From Candidatus Woesearchaeota archaeon CG10_big_fil_rev_8_21_14_0_10_45_16 (lineage in GTDB: Archaea; Nanobdellota; Nanobdellia; Woesearchaeales; GW2011-AR9), in NCBI GenBank assembly GCA_002762785.1, contig PCXY01000003.1, forward strand, positions 70,463 to 134,462: a stretch of 64,000 nt of DNA. Reading direction: 5' to 3'. Of the stretch, positions 17,437-27,298 are shown one piece after another. Made by a program: the position numbers and the translations under genes. The notes beneath the pieces are model-generated. The model saw only the letters and a list, made by a program, of their open reading frames with translations, did no database searches and was not told the DNA's origin. Numbering within the stretch: position 1 is the stretch's first letter; each line of letters opens with the position of its first letter.

Positions 17437-18519
17437 ATGCTTTCAGCGAAACAGATAGCCCAATTGCGGGAGGAGATCGAGACTGCCCAGAACCCTTTGT
17501 TCATCCATGACAGCGATGCTGATGGCCTTTGTTCGTTCTTATTATTATATAAGATACGCCGGGAAGGCAAGAATTTCATCTTTAAAGCCGCGCCAAAGCT
17601 GGATGCTACTTTCCTGCCGAAGATGGCCTCATATAATGCTGACAAAGTCTTTATCCTGGACGTCCCTAAAGTGGATCAAGAATTCATCGACGGGATAAAA
17701 GTTCCCGTGTTTTGGATCGACCATCACCAGCCGTTGAAACGTCATAACGTTAATTACTTCAATCCCCGGATAAAAGAGCCTGATGCCTATATTCCGACGA
17801 CCAGGATGTCTTACCAGGTATCTGAAAACCCCGATGATATTTGGATCGCCACGGCCGGTTGTTTAGGTGACTGGCATATGCCTGATTTCATCGATCAGTT
17901 TGTCGAAAAGTACCCGCATCTTCTGGCGAAAGGCAGTTCTCTCCCGGAAGCCGTTTTCAAGCAGCCGGTAGGCAGGCTGGTCAAGATGTTCTTCTTCCTG
18001 TTGAAAGGTCCGACGGCAGACGTGCGGCAGTCTGTCAAAGTATTGACGAGGATAACCTCACCGGATGAGATACTTAACCAAGAAACTCCACAAGGAAAGT
18101 TTCTCTATAAACGCTTCTTTAGTATCAACCAGAAATATGAGCTCCTGCTGAAAGAAGCCCGGAAGCATGCTACCAGCAGTCCCATTCTCTTTTTCCCATA
18201 TTTGGACGATCAATGGTCGTTTACAGCAAATCTGGCTAATGAACTTACTGTCTTATATCCCAAGAAAGTTATCATCGTCGGCCGCCGTAAGTCTGGTGAG
18301 ATGAAATGCAGCCTGCGGGCTCAGTTTGCGATCGACAAGGCTTTGGCCAAAGCCCTGGAAGGGGTGCAAGGCTATGGGGGCGGCCATCCTAACGCCTGCG
18401 GCGCTGTCATCAAAGAGCACGATTGGGATCGCTTCTTGGCAGGACTAAAACGAGAATTGAAACAAGAATTGAAACAGGAGTTTAAGCAGGAGTTGAAACA
18501 AGAGATAAAAAATGGTTGA
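17437..18519 (+). CDS. DHH/DHHA1 phosphoesterase (RecJ-like)
   Basis: DSDADG, ILDVP, IDHH and GGGHPNACG; C-terminal ELKQ micro-repeats. Confidence 0.88.
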   Translation: MLSAKQIAQLREEIETAQNPLFIHDSDADGLCSFLLLYKIRREGKNFIFKAAPKLDATFLPKMASYNADKVFILDVPKVDQEFIDGIKVPVFWIDHHQPLKRHNVNYFNPRIKEPDAYIPTTRMSYQVSENPDDIWIATAGCLGDWHMPDFIDQFVEKYPHLLAKGSSLPEAVFKQPVGRLVKMFFFLLKGPTADVRQSVKVLTRITSPDEILNQETPQGKFLYKRFFSINQKYELLLKEARKHATSSPILFFPYLDDQWSFTANLANELTVLYPKKVIIVGRRKSGEMKCSLRAQFAIDKALAKALEGVQGYGGGHPNACGAVIKEHDWDRFLAGLKRELKQELKQEFKQELKQEIKNG

Positions 18520-18892
18520 ATTCCTCCCTTTACTGGCCCTAGCGGGGCTGGCTGCCGGCTATCTGCTGGGGGTTATCGCACCTGAAGAGATCTCTTCCGG
18601 GAGGAAGTATTTTCGTGCACTATTACGTGTTTTTGGTTCCATCACGGTCGGTCTTTTACTTTTCTTTCTTTGGAATATTAATGTCGCTCTTATAACCGTT
18701 TACTTCTTGATATCTTCATCGTTGATTTTCTGGAAGAAGAGAACCATGGTTCTTGAGATTGTCCTATATGCTCTTCTCCTATTGCCGTTATTCTTATTAC
18801 AGACATACTTACAGCCGACGCTGACATCAATTCTCTTCCTCTACGGCCTGCCTCTCGGCACTTTGATCTATGAAACACAAAAAAGATCTTGA
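18512..18892 (+). CDS. Small multi-TM membrane protein
   Basis: Hydrophobic; overlaps both neighbours, so probably operonic. Confidence 0.7.
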   Translation: MVEFLPLLALAGLAAGYLLGVIAPEEISSGRKYFRALLRVFGSITVGLLLFFLWNINVALITVYFLISSSLIFWKKRTMVLEIVLYALLLLPLFLLQTYLQPTLTSILFLYGLPLGTLIYETQKRS

Positions 18893-19511
18893 AGAGACCC
18901 TGAAAGAGAAAGTATCACCTCTTCTAGATGAGACCATGAAGAAAAGCTGGGGTGTGGCCATCCCTAAGATGGGGACTGACCTTACCGATCAGCTTTCCAC
19001 ACCATTGTTCGATATCTACGTGCCTTTACAGCTCGATTTTAAAGAAGCTAAGAAACAGTTCAAGAAACAGTTCCTGAAAAGAGAGCTTCACCTTCATGTC
19101 GGCAATGTCTCCCAGCTGGCCAAATTTCTAGGGATAGACCGGCGCAGTGTCCACCGCGTCATCAAAGACCTAGATATCAAGATGGCGGAGATGCGCGACG
19201 GTTCAGAAGAGCAGTATAAACAGGACGTTGTTGACCAGGCTCTTCGAGGGACGCTGCAGCAGTATAAAGAGATCATCCAGCCTCAGAAGATGGAGAACAT
19301 CTACCAAGAGATCCCTGCTTTGTCACGTAATATCGCCAAATTATTACCGCATCATCATCTGACCTGGAAAGAAGCTGAACGAGAGTTTGAACGGCAGTTC
19401 CTGAAACGTCTGCTGGAAGAACAGGAAGGCAGCATCTCCACCACCGCTAAGAAAGCTGCTTTACGTCCGGAGACACTGCACCGCAAGCTGAAGAAGCTGG
19501 GGTTGAGATAG
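18870..19511 (+). CDS. Protein with two Fis-type (HTH_8) helix-turn-helix domains
   Basis: GNVSQLAKFLGIDRRSVHRVIK and GSISTTAKKAALRPETLHRKLKKLGL. Confidence 0.75.
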   Translation: MKHKKDLEETLKEKVSPLLDETMKKSWGVAIPKMGTDLTDQLSTPLFDIYVPLQLDFKEAKKQFKKQFLKRELHLHVGNVSQLAKFLGIDRRSVHRVIKDLDIKMAEMRDGSEEQYKQDVVDQALRGTLQQYKEIIQPQKMENIYQEIPALSRNIAKLLPHHHLTWKEAEREFERQFLKRLLEEQEGSISTTAKKAALRPETLHRKLKKLGLR

Positions 19512-19512
19512 G

Positions 19513-20247
19513 TTATCTCTTGATCTCGACTGCTCTGGCCATCCAGCGCTTTAGTTCCCGTGGATGCAGGGCGTCAGCTTGTATGTAACCTTCATAAAAT
19601 CTGCCCGTCTCAAGATCCAGCAAATTCTGATCAATTTCTCTACCTACCCTGCTACCTGCAACCCAATGTTTAGATAAAGTTTCTTCAAGTCGGACAGAGT
19701 GTCCATAAGAATCTTCGAAATTCATCTCACTCTTAACATTGTAAAGCACTACTGGAGTAAGATGTCTTCCATTTTGGCTCCGTATTCCAACTGCTGCGTA
19801 GGGGTTCTGTTGTTGTCCAACTGTTTTTCTTGCAACTGTCTCTTCAGGAAGTTGCTCAAGGGTTCCTGGTAAAGTGGTCCTCATAAGATACTGGCCAATA
19901 TTTGTGAAATCACGTCTACTTACCTCAACGGTCCTGCCATCTTCTAGGTTTTCTACTGTTGTAAAAAGAACTCCGTCAACTCTATAGTCTGTTCTGCTTT
20001 CTTGTCTTTCTACTTCGAGCCTTCTGGTGACTCTTACTGGAGTTAAAAAATCAAACTGGGCGCCTACATCTCTGATAAGGACTCTTCTGGAGGGTCTGCC
20101 ACCAACAAGTCTTCTTGAAGTATGTCCCTCGCCTTCTTTTCTGATAATGGTGGCTTCAGGAACAATTTCCAAAATTCTAAGAAGAGAATCGTATCCAGTA
20201 ACAACACCTTCAATCGTTCCTAAGTTGGTTTTTTCTGTAGTTGTCAT
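19513..20247 (-). CDS. Hypothetical protein
   Basis: 244-aa ORF with a TATA box upstream. Confidence 0.65.
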   Translation of the reverse strand: MTTTEKTNLGTIEGVVTGYDSLLRILEIVPEATIIRKEGEGHTSRRLVGGRPSRRVLIRDVGAQFDFLTPVRVTRRLEVERQESRTDYRVDGVLFTTVENLEDGRTVEVSRRDFTNIGQYLMRTTLPGTLEQLPEETVARKTVGQQQNPYAAVGIRSQNGRHLTPVVLYNVKSEMNFEDSYGHSVRLEETLSKHWVAGSRVGREIDQNLLDLETGRFYEGYIQADALHPRELKRWMARAVEIKR

Positions 20248-20359
20248 TTTGCTATCCCTGATTGGCGGTCTTATATAAAAATTTCCTATCTCTTTGGTTA
20301 ACTCTCGATCGACAATAACCCAAAAACTATATAAACCATAAAATAAGCATTCTGGTATT

Positions 20360-20836
20360 ATGAAAAAAAGAGGCAGTAAGAAGTCCGCTAGAAGAGGTTC
20401 TGCAAAAACTGAGGGCCAGGGTAAGACCGGCCGTAAGAATGGTCATAAGAAGAATGGCAAGGAACACCCGATCTTCCATCAGCATCTGACCCGTGGACAA
20501 AAAGCTGCCGATCTCATCGCTAGGTTCGGTGGCAGCTGGGTCTTCATCACTTTATTCTTCCTGTTCCTTGTGGCTTGGGTAGCTGTCAATAGTATCATGC
20601 TGGCCCAAAAGCCGTTCGATCCATATCCTTATATCTTGTTGAACTTGTTTTTATCCTGTCTGGCTGCCATCCAGGCACCGATCATCCTGATGGCTCAGAA
20701 CCGGCAGGCGGAACGTGATCGTATCGACGCCAAGTATGACCATCAAGTCAACCGGAAAGCAGAACGGGAGATCCAGGCCGTGCAGAAAGAATTGCGGTCG
20801 ATCCGGGATGCTGTGGTAAGACTGCGAAGGAAATGA
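20360..20836 (+). CDS. DUF1003 membrane protein
   Basis: ADLIARFGGSW, FDPYPYILLNLFLS, QAPIILMAQNRQ. Confidence 0.9.
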   Translation: MKKRGSKKSARRGSAKTEGQGKTGRKNGHKKNGKEHPIFHQHLTRGQKAADLIARFGGSWVFITLFFLFLVAWVAVNSIMLAQKPFDPYPYILLNLFLSCLAAIQAPIILMAQNRQAERDRIDAKYDHQVNRKAEREIQAVQKELRSIRDAVVRLRRK

Positions 20837-20839
20837 TGG

Positions 20840-21421
20840 TTATCGACGTGTCTGGCATCGTTCTGAAAGCAGTCTGAAATATACGCCATGTGAATCTTTG
20901 AGATCATGTTCTTTTCGTAGTAGGATCTCCAGAATTTCTTGTAAGTCTGGATCGGTAAGTTTTCTCTGAGTGTAAGGATAGAATTCAGAAACCTCAAAAC
21001 CTTGAGCTTCATAGACCAAAGCTTTCACCGCAGCATCTAACTTATCTAGCTGCTTGGCAATCTTTGCTTCTGGTGTCTGTCCTTGATCGTATTCCTGCCA
21101 TAGTTCCATGACCTCTTGACCATAAGAATAATCCTTTGTCAGATCATGCATGGCTTCTGTCTCTCTTCTTCTTTTCTCTTCAGGAGGAATATTATCATGG
21201 GGAGTTATGTCACCGACGATCAGCTCACTCAGGTCATGGACCAGAAGCATGTGGGGTATGTAGAATTTTCTTGTAAAATGATACCCAGCTAAAGAAGCGT
21301 GAACTGAGTGGTCGAAGACAGACTCGCATCGTTCTTCAGGAACACCTCGGTCCAGCCACCCTTGGCGTCTGACATCTCTTAATAGGTATATCGCTCCAGC
21401 TATCCCTTTTAGTTCCAGCAT
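20840..21421 (-). CDS. HD-domain hydrolase (YfbR/HDDC2-like)
   Basis: RQGW...ESVFDHS...HDLSE..VGDITP...KQLDKLD. Confidence 0.88.
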   Translation of the reverse strand: MLELKGIAGAIYLLRDVRRQGWLDRGVPEERCESVFDHSVHASLAGYHFTRKFYIPHMLLVHDLSELIVGDITPHDNIPPEEKRRRETEAMHDLTKDYSYGQEVMELWQEYDQGQTPEAKIAKQLDKLDAAVKALVYEAQGFEVSEFYPYTQRKLTDPDLQEILEILLRKEHDLKDSHGVYFRLLSERCQTRR

Positions 21422-21513
21422 TGATCTCTGAAATGAGCGATTTTTTAAAAAATGACTGGAAGAAAAAGATCAATAAATAAAAATAATAAATTCAAAATAA
21501 TAAAATAAAAAAT

Positions 21514-23517
21514 CTACAACAAGCTGAAGCCGTAGGCGATGAACAGCGGCGCGAAGACGATGGCAAAGGTGTTGATGACCTTGATCAGCGCGTTCAATGC
21601 CGGGCCGGCGGTATCTTTGAAAGGATCGCCGACGGTATCGCCGACAACAGCTGCTTTATGAGCGTCCGAACCTTTACCGCCATGATGGCCGTTCTCGATG
21701 TATTTCTTAGCATTATCCCAGGCGGCGCCGGCATTAGACATAAAGAGAGCCATCAGCAAGCCGGAAAGGATGACACCGATCAACACTCCACCGAGAGCTT
21801 CCACGCCAAGCAGCATACCTACCAATCCCGGTGCGGCGACGGCGATGACAGCCGGCAGGATCATGTTCTTCAGAGCTGCTTTAGTGACGATGTCGACACA
21901 TTTGCCGTATTCTGGTTTTGCTTCGCCGGTCATCAGGCCCTTGATTTCTTTGAATTGTCTTCTAACTTCGATGACAATCTTGTGGGCAGACGTTCCGACA
22001 GCGTTCATCAGGATCGCTGAGAAGATGAACGGCAGCATCGCGCCGATAAACAAGCCGACTAGAACAGCCGGATTGGTCAGCAGGAAGCTGATCGGCTCGG
22101 TTACGAAATGGCCGATCTCTTCGGTAAAAGCCACGAACAAAGCCAGAGCAGCTAAAGCCGCTGAGCCGATAGCATATCCTTTCGTGACAGCTTTGGTGGT
22201 ATTGCCTACAGCATCCAGCTCGTCGGTGATCATACGGACATTCTTATCAAGGCCGGCCATCTCTGCGATGCCTCCGGCGTTGTCTGTAATAGGTCCATAA
22301 CTGTCCAAGGCGATGATCATGCCGGTAAGTGACAGTAATGCTACAGCAGCGATAGCTACACCATAGACACCTGCTAAAAAGTAAGCTGTAATAATTCCGG
22401 CGCAGATGGCCAATACTGGGATCAAAGCTGACTGCATGCCGATACCTAATCCTGCGATCAAGTTAGTTCCTGCACCAGTGACGGAGGCTTCTGCAATCTT
22501 CTGTACCGGCCGGTATTTGGTGCTGGTGTAATATTCAGTGACGATGTGGATCAATAAGGTTATGACCAGACCGACAACACCTGCCCAGAACAGGCTCAAT
22601 GGGTTTTTAGTGTAGACAGTTACTGCGTAAAAGCCGATGGCGGAGAAGACACCGGAAGCGATCAGTCCTTTGTGGAGGGCTCCCATGATGTTCTGTGATT
22701 TTCCCAAGCGGACAAACCAGGAACCGATGATCGAACCGAAGATGGCGACGACGCCTAACATCAAAGGATATTCGACGGCCATGTTGTAGGTAGCTGATAC
22801 GGATGGGATCAAAGCCAAGAGCATCGCTGCCAGCAAAGTGACGACATACGTCTCATAGAGGTCAGCGCCCATGCCTGCGCAGTCGCCGACGTTATCACCA
22901 ACATTATCGGCGATAGTAGCCGGATTTCGGGGATCGTCTTCAGGGATGCCTTTTTCGATTTTTCCGACGAGGTCTGCGCCGACGTCAGCAGCTTTGGTAT
23001 AGATACCGCCGCCGACCCTGGCGAACAAGGAGATAAGTGATGCACCGAAACCGAGGCCGACTAACATTGCCGGATCACGGTAGATGGCGTAGAAAGTGCT
23101 GACTGCTAATAGTGCTAGTCCGACGACAGCCATCCCGGTGACGGTTCCGCCGTTGAACGCGATACTTAAAGCTTCTTTGAGACCTTTCTTGGCCGTCTCT
23201 GCGGTGCGGACATTAGCCCGGACGGAGATGCTCATGCCGATAAAACCAGATAATCCTGAAAGGACTGCGCCGAACAGGAAACCGGCTGCGATCGGGAAGC
23301 TGAACAGCCATCCCAACAAGACAGTGATGAAGACCGCGAAGATGGCGATCGTCTTGTACTGCCGGGACATGTAAGCCATCGCTCCTTCCTTGATGGCGTT
23401 GGCGATCTCCTGCATCTTTTCAGAGCCGGGTTTCGCTTTAAGAATCCGTAATGATAGATATCCTGCGTATAACAACGCTACTATACTGGCGATGATTGCG
23501 ATTATTGCTGTATCCAT
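21514..23517 (-). CDS. hppA: Membrane-bound ion-pumping pyrophosphatase, K+-independent signature
   Basis: [39 protein letters not shown]; GNTTKA (Lys). Confidence 0.95.
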   Translation of the reverse strand: MDTAIIAIIASIVALLYAGYLSLRILKAKPGSEKMQEIANAIKEGAMAYMSRQYKTIAIFAVFITVLLGWLFSFPIAAGFLFGAVLSGLSGFIGMSISVRANVRTAETAKKGLKEALSIAFNGGTVTGMAVVGLALLAVSTFYAIYRDPAMLVGLGFGASLISLFARVGGGIYTKAADVGADLVGKIEKGIPEDDPRNPATIADNVGDNVGDCAGMGADLYETYVVTLLAAMLLALIPSVSATYNMAVEYPLMLGVVAIFGSIIGSWFVRLGKSQNIMGALHKGLIASGVFSAIGFYAVTVYTKNPLSLFWAGVVGLVITLLIHIVTEYYTSTKYRPVQKIAEASVTGAGTNLIAGLGIGMQSALIPVLAICAGIITAYFLAGVYGVAIAAVALLSLTGMIIALDSYGPITDNAGGIAEMAGLDKNVRMITDELDAVGNTTKAVTKGYAIGSAALAALALFVAFTEEIGHFVTEPISFLLTNPAVLVGLFIGAMLPFIFSAILMNAVGTSAHKIVIEVRRQFKEIKGLMTGEAKPEYGKCVDIVTKAALKNMILPAVIAVAAPGLVGMLLGVEALGGVLIGVILSGLLMALFMSNAGAAWDNAKKYIENGHHGGKGSDAHKAAVVGDTVGDPFKDTAGPALNALIKVINTFAIVFAPLFIAYGFSLL

Positions 23518-23649
23518 AGTCTGACCACCTTGTTCGTTTATAGGGACAGCTTTTGGAGAATCTTTTATATATTTTTTGATTGGGTTAGGGATTCTGTCTT
23601 AGAGATGAGCAAAAATTATTAAATGATACGGCTTATCTCATCAGTCAAT

Positions 23650-24588
23650 ATGAAAGAAAAAACAGTGGTCTTGGTAACCCCTTATAAAAATCCTGATCTA
23701 GATGGGACTGCCTGCGCATTTGCCTATGCAGAGTATTTACAGAAAGCTGGTAGGAATGCTATGGCGGCAATATTTGGAACACCATCTCGAGAAGCTCAAT
23801 TTGTGCTTAAAATATTCAATATTCCTCCACTTAAAGATGCTGAAGAGATCGTCGATGATGTTAACAAAATTATTATTGTTGATGCAAGTGATATGCGTGG
23901 TCTTTCTGATAAAATCAATCCAGAGAAGGTGATAGAAATAATCGATCACAGAAAGGTTCATGAAGCCCACACCTTTCCGAAAGCAAAAGCTCAGATTGAA
24001 TTGGTCGGTTCTGCTGCTACTTTGATTGCTGAAAAATTTTTCAATGAAAAGACACAAATCTCAAAAGAATCAGCAGTTCTTCTTTTTTCAGCAATTGTAT
24101 CAAATACTGTCAATTTCCAAGCAAACGTAACTACAAAGAGAGATCATACGATGGCAGAGTGGCTAAAGACCAAATTTGTTGTCCCTCAAAATTACGTACA
24201 CGAAATGTTTGCTGATAAATCTAACCATGAGGAGCTACTTCACCAGGTATTTGATGATGATTTGGCGGCGTTTCAATTTAATGGTTTTTCTTTAGGGATC
24301 GCTCAATTAGAGATAATTGAGGTTGACAGATTTATAGATAATAATTTAGAAAAAATAAAAGAAAATCTTTCTAAAATTAAAAAAGAAAAATCATTTGACT
24401 TCGTTTTCTTAACCTGCATTGACTTGGAAAAAGCGTTCAACAAGTTAATAGTAATTGATGATAAAACAAAAAGGATGCTTGAGCAGGCGCTTGATGTGAG
24501 TTTTGAAAAGCGAGTCGCTAGGATGGCAGGGATTATGATGAGAAAAGAGATAGTTCCTTTGATCAAAGAGATTTTAGAGACCAGTTGA
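23650..24588 (+). CDS. ppaC: Family II Mn-dependent soluble inorganic pyrophosphatase
   Basis: NPDLDG, IIVDA, IIDHR, ELVGSAAT and C-terminal MRKEIVP. Confidence 0.8.
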   Translation: MKEKTVVLVTPYKNPDLDGTACAFAYAEYLQKAGRNAMAAIFGTPSREAQFVLKIFNIPPLKDAEEIVDDVNKIIIVDASDMRGLSDKINPEKVIEIIDHRKVHEAHTFPKAKAQIELVGSAATLIAEKFFNEKTQISKESAVLLFSAIVSNTVNFQANVTTKRDHTMAEWLKTKFVVPQNYVHEMFADKSNHEELLHQVFDDDLAAFQFNGFSLGIAQLEIIEVDRFIDNNLEKIKENLSKIKKEKSFDFVFLTCIDLEKAFNKLIVIDDKTKRMLEQALDVSFEKRVARMAGIMMRKEIVPLIKEILETS

Positions 24589-24622
24589 AGCCTGATTTTG
24601 TTAAAATTTTATTTTATCGAAT

Positions 24623-24994
24623 CTACCCCACCATCACCACTTTCTTCTTCTGGCGGATGGTCAGGTACGGTTTCTGCAGCCGCCGTTTCAAAGCCATATC
24701 CTGGGTCAGGATAAGATATCCCTTTCGAGAATACGCTGTCAGCAGGTCGTCAACGTTGCCCAGGCTTTTGATGACTTTTACATTCTTGCTCTTGATGATG
24801 CTTAACGCTAATTTCGCAGCAAGCTTATACTTCCCCCTCTGTTCTTGACTGATCTTCTCTAATTCGCTGATAGTTCCTTCAAGGATCGCAACTTTGTACG
24901 GAAAATCAGAGCATCGGTCCAGTTCTGAGAAGATGTCCACACCAAACTCGCCGATGGCCATCAAGGCATTAGTATCTACCAGTATCGTCTTCAT
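24623..24994 (-). CDS. PIN-domain protein (Fcf1/Utp24-like)
   Basis: ILVDTNAL...ELEK...VDD...LTQD..LK. Confidence 0.85.
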   Translation of the reverse strand: MKTILVDTNALMAIGEFGVDIFSELDRCSDFPYKVAILEGTISELEKISQEQRGKYKLAAKLALSIIKSKNVKVIKSLGNVDDLLTAYSRKGYLILTQDMALKRRLQKPYLTIRQKKKVVMVG

Positions 24995-25003
24995 TCTATC
25001 TCA

Positions 25004-25801
25004 TCATTCTAGATGTCGTATGGCAGCGATCCAGTATAACCTTGTTACGACCACTGCCAGGATGAACAGCAACAGGGTGAACAACATGAATCCCGAATCC
25101 GCTTCAATCTCTTTATAGGTCAGATATAACGGCAGGAAAAGGACAGCGCCATTGATAGCCAGCAACACCGCCACTTTATGGATGTTCTTTACGCTGATGG
25201 TGAAGATCCTTTTCGGCAGCTTCTTCCAGGGACTGTTGATGCAGGCCGCTGCCGTCAGGAAGAAATAATACAAGACCAAAGCGGCGATGCCGATGATGTT
25301 GAACAATGTTTCCGGAGTCGCTGATTCGATCGACCATTGACGGTAAAAGTAATAGGTCGAAAAGATGATCCAGATCAATATCAAGATGCTTGTCGTTGCC
25401 AGATACCTGCTGAACTGTCTCAAAGCTGATCTCCAGGAAATCTTCTCAAAGATCTGCATGGTAGATGTCCAGATGAGGCCGTTGATCACCAGGAAGAAGA
25501 ACAAGGCCCATGACGAAGCTTTGAGCAGCAGCTGTTTCAGTCCCTGCGCGCTCTTATACAACGGCAGATAATCCTGGATGAACGGCTGGCCCTCCTGGAG
25601 CTGCGCCGTATCATAGTTTGCAGTCTGCACGGAAGCCACGATGTCCTGGCTGTACTGGATGGCCTGCAACTGGTAGCTTGGCACCAGCAAGGCCGGCCAG
25701 ACGATGATCGTTATCTGCAGGACAATCAGGATGAGCAGAAACTTCTTCTTGTTCCTGAACGCTTCAAGCACATCATCCAACCCTTTTTGCAGGTACTTCA
25801 T
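25004..25801 (-). CDS. Multi-TM membrane protein
   Basis: About six hydrophobic segments; start moved to MKYLQ. Confidence 0.7.
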   Translation of the reverse strand: MKYLQKGLDDVLEAFRNKKKFLLILIVLQITIIVWPALLVPSYQLQAIQYSQDIVASVQTANYDTAQLQEGQPFIQDYLPLYKSAQGLKQLLLKASSWALFFFLVINGLIWTSTMQIFEKISWRSALRQFSRYLATTSILILIWIIFSTYYFYRQWSIESATPETLFNIIGIAALVLYYFFLTAAACINSPWKKLPKRIFTISVKNIHKVAVLLAINGAVLFLPLYLTYKEIEADSGFMLFTLLLFILAVVVTRLYWIAAIRHLE

Positions 25802-25911
25802 GGCAGGAAGGAAAGGATGATAGTTTAAAGACTTTTCTGAAAAAGATCTCTTCAATGATAGTCGGTGTGAAATGCGTTAATTTTATATAGGATAGTAATA
25901 ATCAGTTATAC

Positions 25912-26064
25912 ATGGCAAAACCGATCAGGGCAACTCCTACATTACGTGGAGAGGACGCACGAAGGTTTATGAGGCAAGTGTTGGAAGAACAAAGAAACCC
26001 ATCCACGGCCAGAGTTAAGCTTTTGCGTGATGCCCATCAGGCTAGATTTAATTTTCCTCAATAA
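25912..26064 (+). CDS. Small protein, putative antitoxin of the GNAT toxin (not in ORF track)
   Basis: TTTTATA box upstream; MAKPIRATPTLRGEDARRF...; convergent with and overlapping the GNAT gene. Confidence 0.6.
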   Translation: MAKPIRATPTLRGEDARRFMRQVLEEQRNPSTARVKLLRDAHQARFNFPQ

Positions 26065-26602
26065 GTTTTAGGTCAAGATACATCGGTGTTGTTCCTTTCA
26101 TTCTTTCTTTTAATGTTCCAAATCCCATCTTTTTGTAAAAGTGTATAGAATCGCGTTTCTTATCAGAGTTTCTCTTTGCATCCAAAGTTATGAAACGACA
26201 GCCAGCTTTATTCTTGTTGATTCCATCAGCAACATTTATGACGGACAAGATCATCAGTCTTCCTAATCCTCTTCTTAAATACCTATCGTCGACACAAAGT
26301 CTTCCGATCTTTAAAGCAGGCAACGACTTATAATGGATCCCTTTTTCCCGGAAAAACTCTTTAAGATCACCTTCAAGATTAATCTTATCGTTAAGTACCG
26401 TAACATAAGAAACCAAGTGGTCTTTATAATACCATAGAAATGTGACCGAAAGTCTCTGCTCTTGATTTTCTAGTGCATCTTCCCTTAGAAAATCAACCAG
26501 CTCTTTTTCATAGGAATTAAAACCGCTAACATCGTAGTTCTGGTTCATTATCTCTATTCGTATATCTTCTGGATTAAATTTTTCTGGTTCTACATCCATC
26601 AC
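26048..26602 (-). CDS. GNAT acetyltransferase (TacT/AtaT-like toxin)
   Basis: ELVDFLREDAL, PALKIGRLCVD..Y..RGLG, GCRFITLDAK, FYKKMGF. Confidence 0.85.
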   Translation of the reverse strand: MMDVEPEKFNPEDIRIEIMNQNYDVSGFNSYEKELVDFLREDALENQEQRLSVTFLWYYKDHLVSYVTVLNDKINLEGDLKEFFREKGIHYKSLPALKIGRLCVDDRYLRRGLGRLMILSVINVADGINKNKAGCRFITLDAKRNSDKKRDSIHFYKKMGFGTLKERMKGTTPMYLDLKLIEEN

Positions 26603-26667
26603 AACTTTTAAGAGAGCAACGATAGTTTAAAGACTTTTCTGAAAAAGAAAGAGGAGGAAAAACCTCC

Positions 26668-26850
26668 TCAACTAAGATTCTTGATAACCCGTTTCGGGTG
26701 CACTTTGTGTATCCTCACTGTCACTCTCTTCGTCCCGATGACAAACTCAACCTCATCCAGGCTCTGCCGCAGCCCTTCATCTATCTTTTTCATGATCTCC
26801 ACGTCGCTTAACGTGGACGCTTCCAGCCCCAGCAGCATTTTCAGGCTCAT
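26668..26850 (-). CDS. Small hypothetical protein, paralogue of 26847-27026
   Basis: MSLKMLLGLEASTLSDVEI; ATGA overlap with the upstream ORF. Confidence 0.65.
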   Translation of the reverse strand: MSLKMLLGLEASTLSDVEIMKKIDEGLRQSLDEVEFVIGTKRVTVRIHKVHPKRVIKNLS

Positions 26851-27026
26851 GATAACTTCGCTCTCTTTCTCCTCATGGTGCTGGTGTTGGTCGGAACCAG
26901 GCGGCCGGCTGCCAGATACTGAAAGTCTCTCTGCAGATGATTCTCGGCAGCCCGTTCCAACATATGGTATACTTCTTGTTCAGTCAATGACGTCGTGTCC
27001 AGTCCCAGCAGGTGTTTGAGGGTCAT
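26847..27026 (-). CDS. Small hypothetical protein (not in ORF track)
   Basis: MTLKHLLGLDTTSLTEQEV..., 59 aa, ATGA-coupled on both sides. Confidence 0.65.
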   Translation of the reverse strand: MTLKHLLGLDTTSLTEQEVYHMLERAAENHLQRDFQYLAAGRLVPTNTSTMRRKRAKLS

Positions 27027-27175
27027 CCTTCCACCCCCTGTTCGGCATCCATGTATCCTTGCATGAAGCCGTCTTCTTCCGGACTCATCACGTCGTCTTC
27101 TACAAGGAGGGACCGCAATTGCGGATCATAGACGTCTTCCTCATAGAGGTACCCATCGTATTGTCGTAATCTCAT
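27023..27175 (-). CDS. Small acidic protein (not in ORF track)
   Basis: GGGGTGG RBS; MRLRQYDGYLYEEDVYDPQLRSLLVEDDVMSPEEDGFMQGY..., 50 aa. Confidence 0.65.
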   Translation of the reverse strand: MRLRQYDGYLYEEDVYDPQLRSLLVEDDVMSPEEDGFMQGYMDAEQGVEG

Positions 27176-27298
27176 GTACACCACCCCGTTTTGAGCAGAT
27201 GAAAGAGCACTTTCTGCTCATTTTACTATTAACATAACATTTAAATATAAATACATTTTCCTAATGCTATATATCACGTATATACGTACTAGTGATAA

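Noticed and set aside
21658-23374. Several ORFs antisense to or out of frame within hppA
   Set aside because: Shadow frames of a conserved GC-rich gene.
26681-27019. 112-aa plus-strand ORF
   Set aside because: Antisense to the coupled minus-strand microprotein operon, which has RBSs and internal paralogy.
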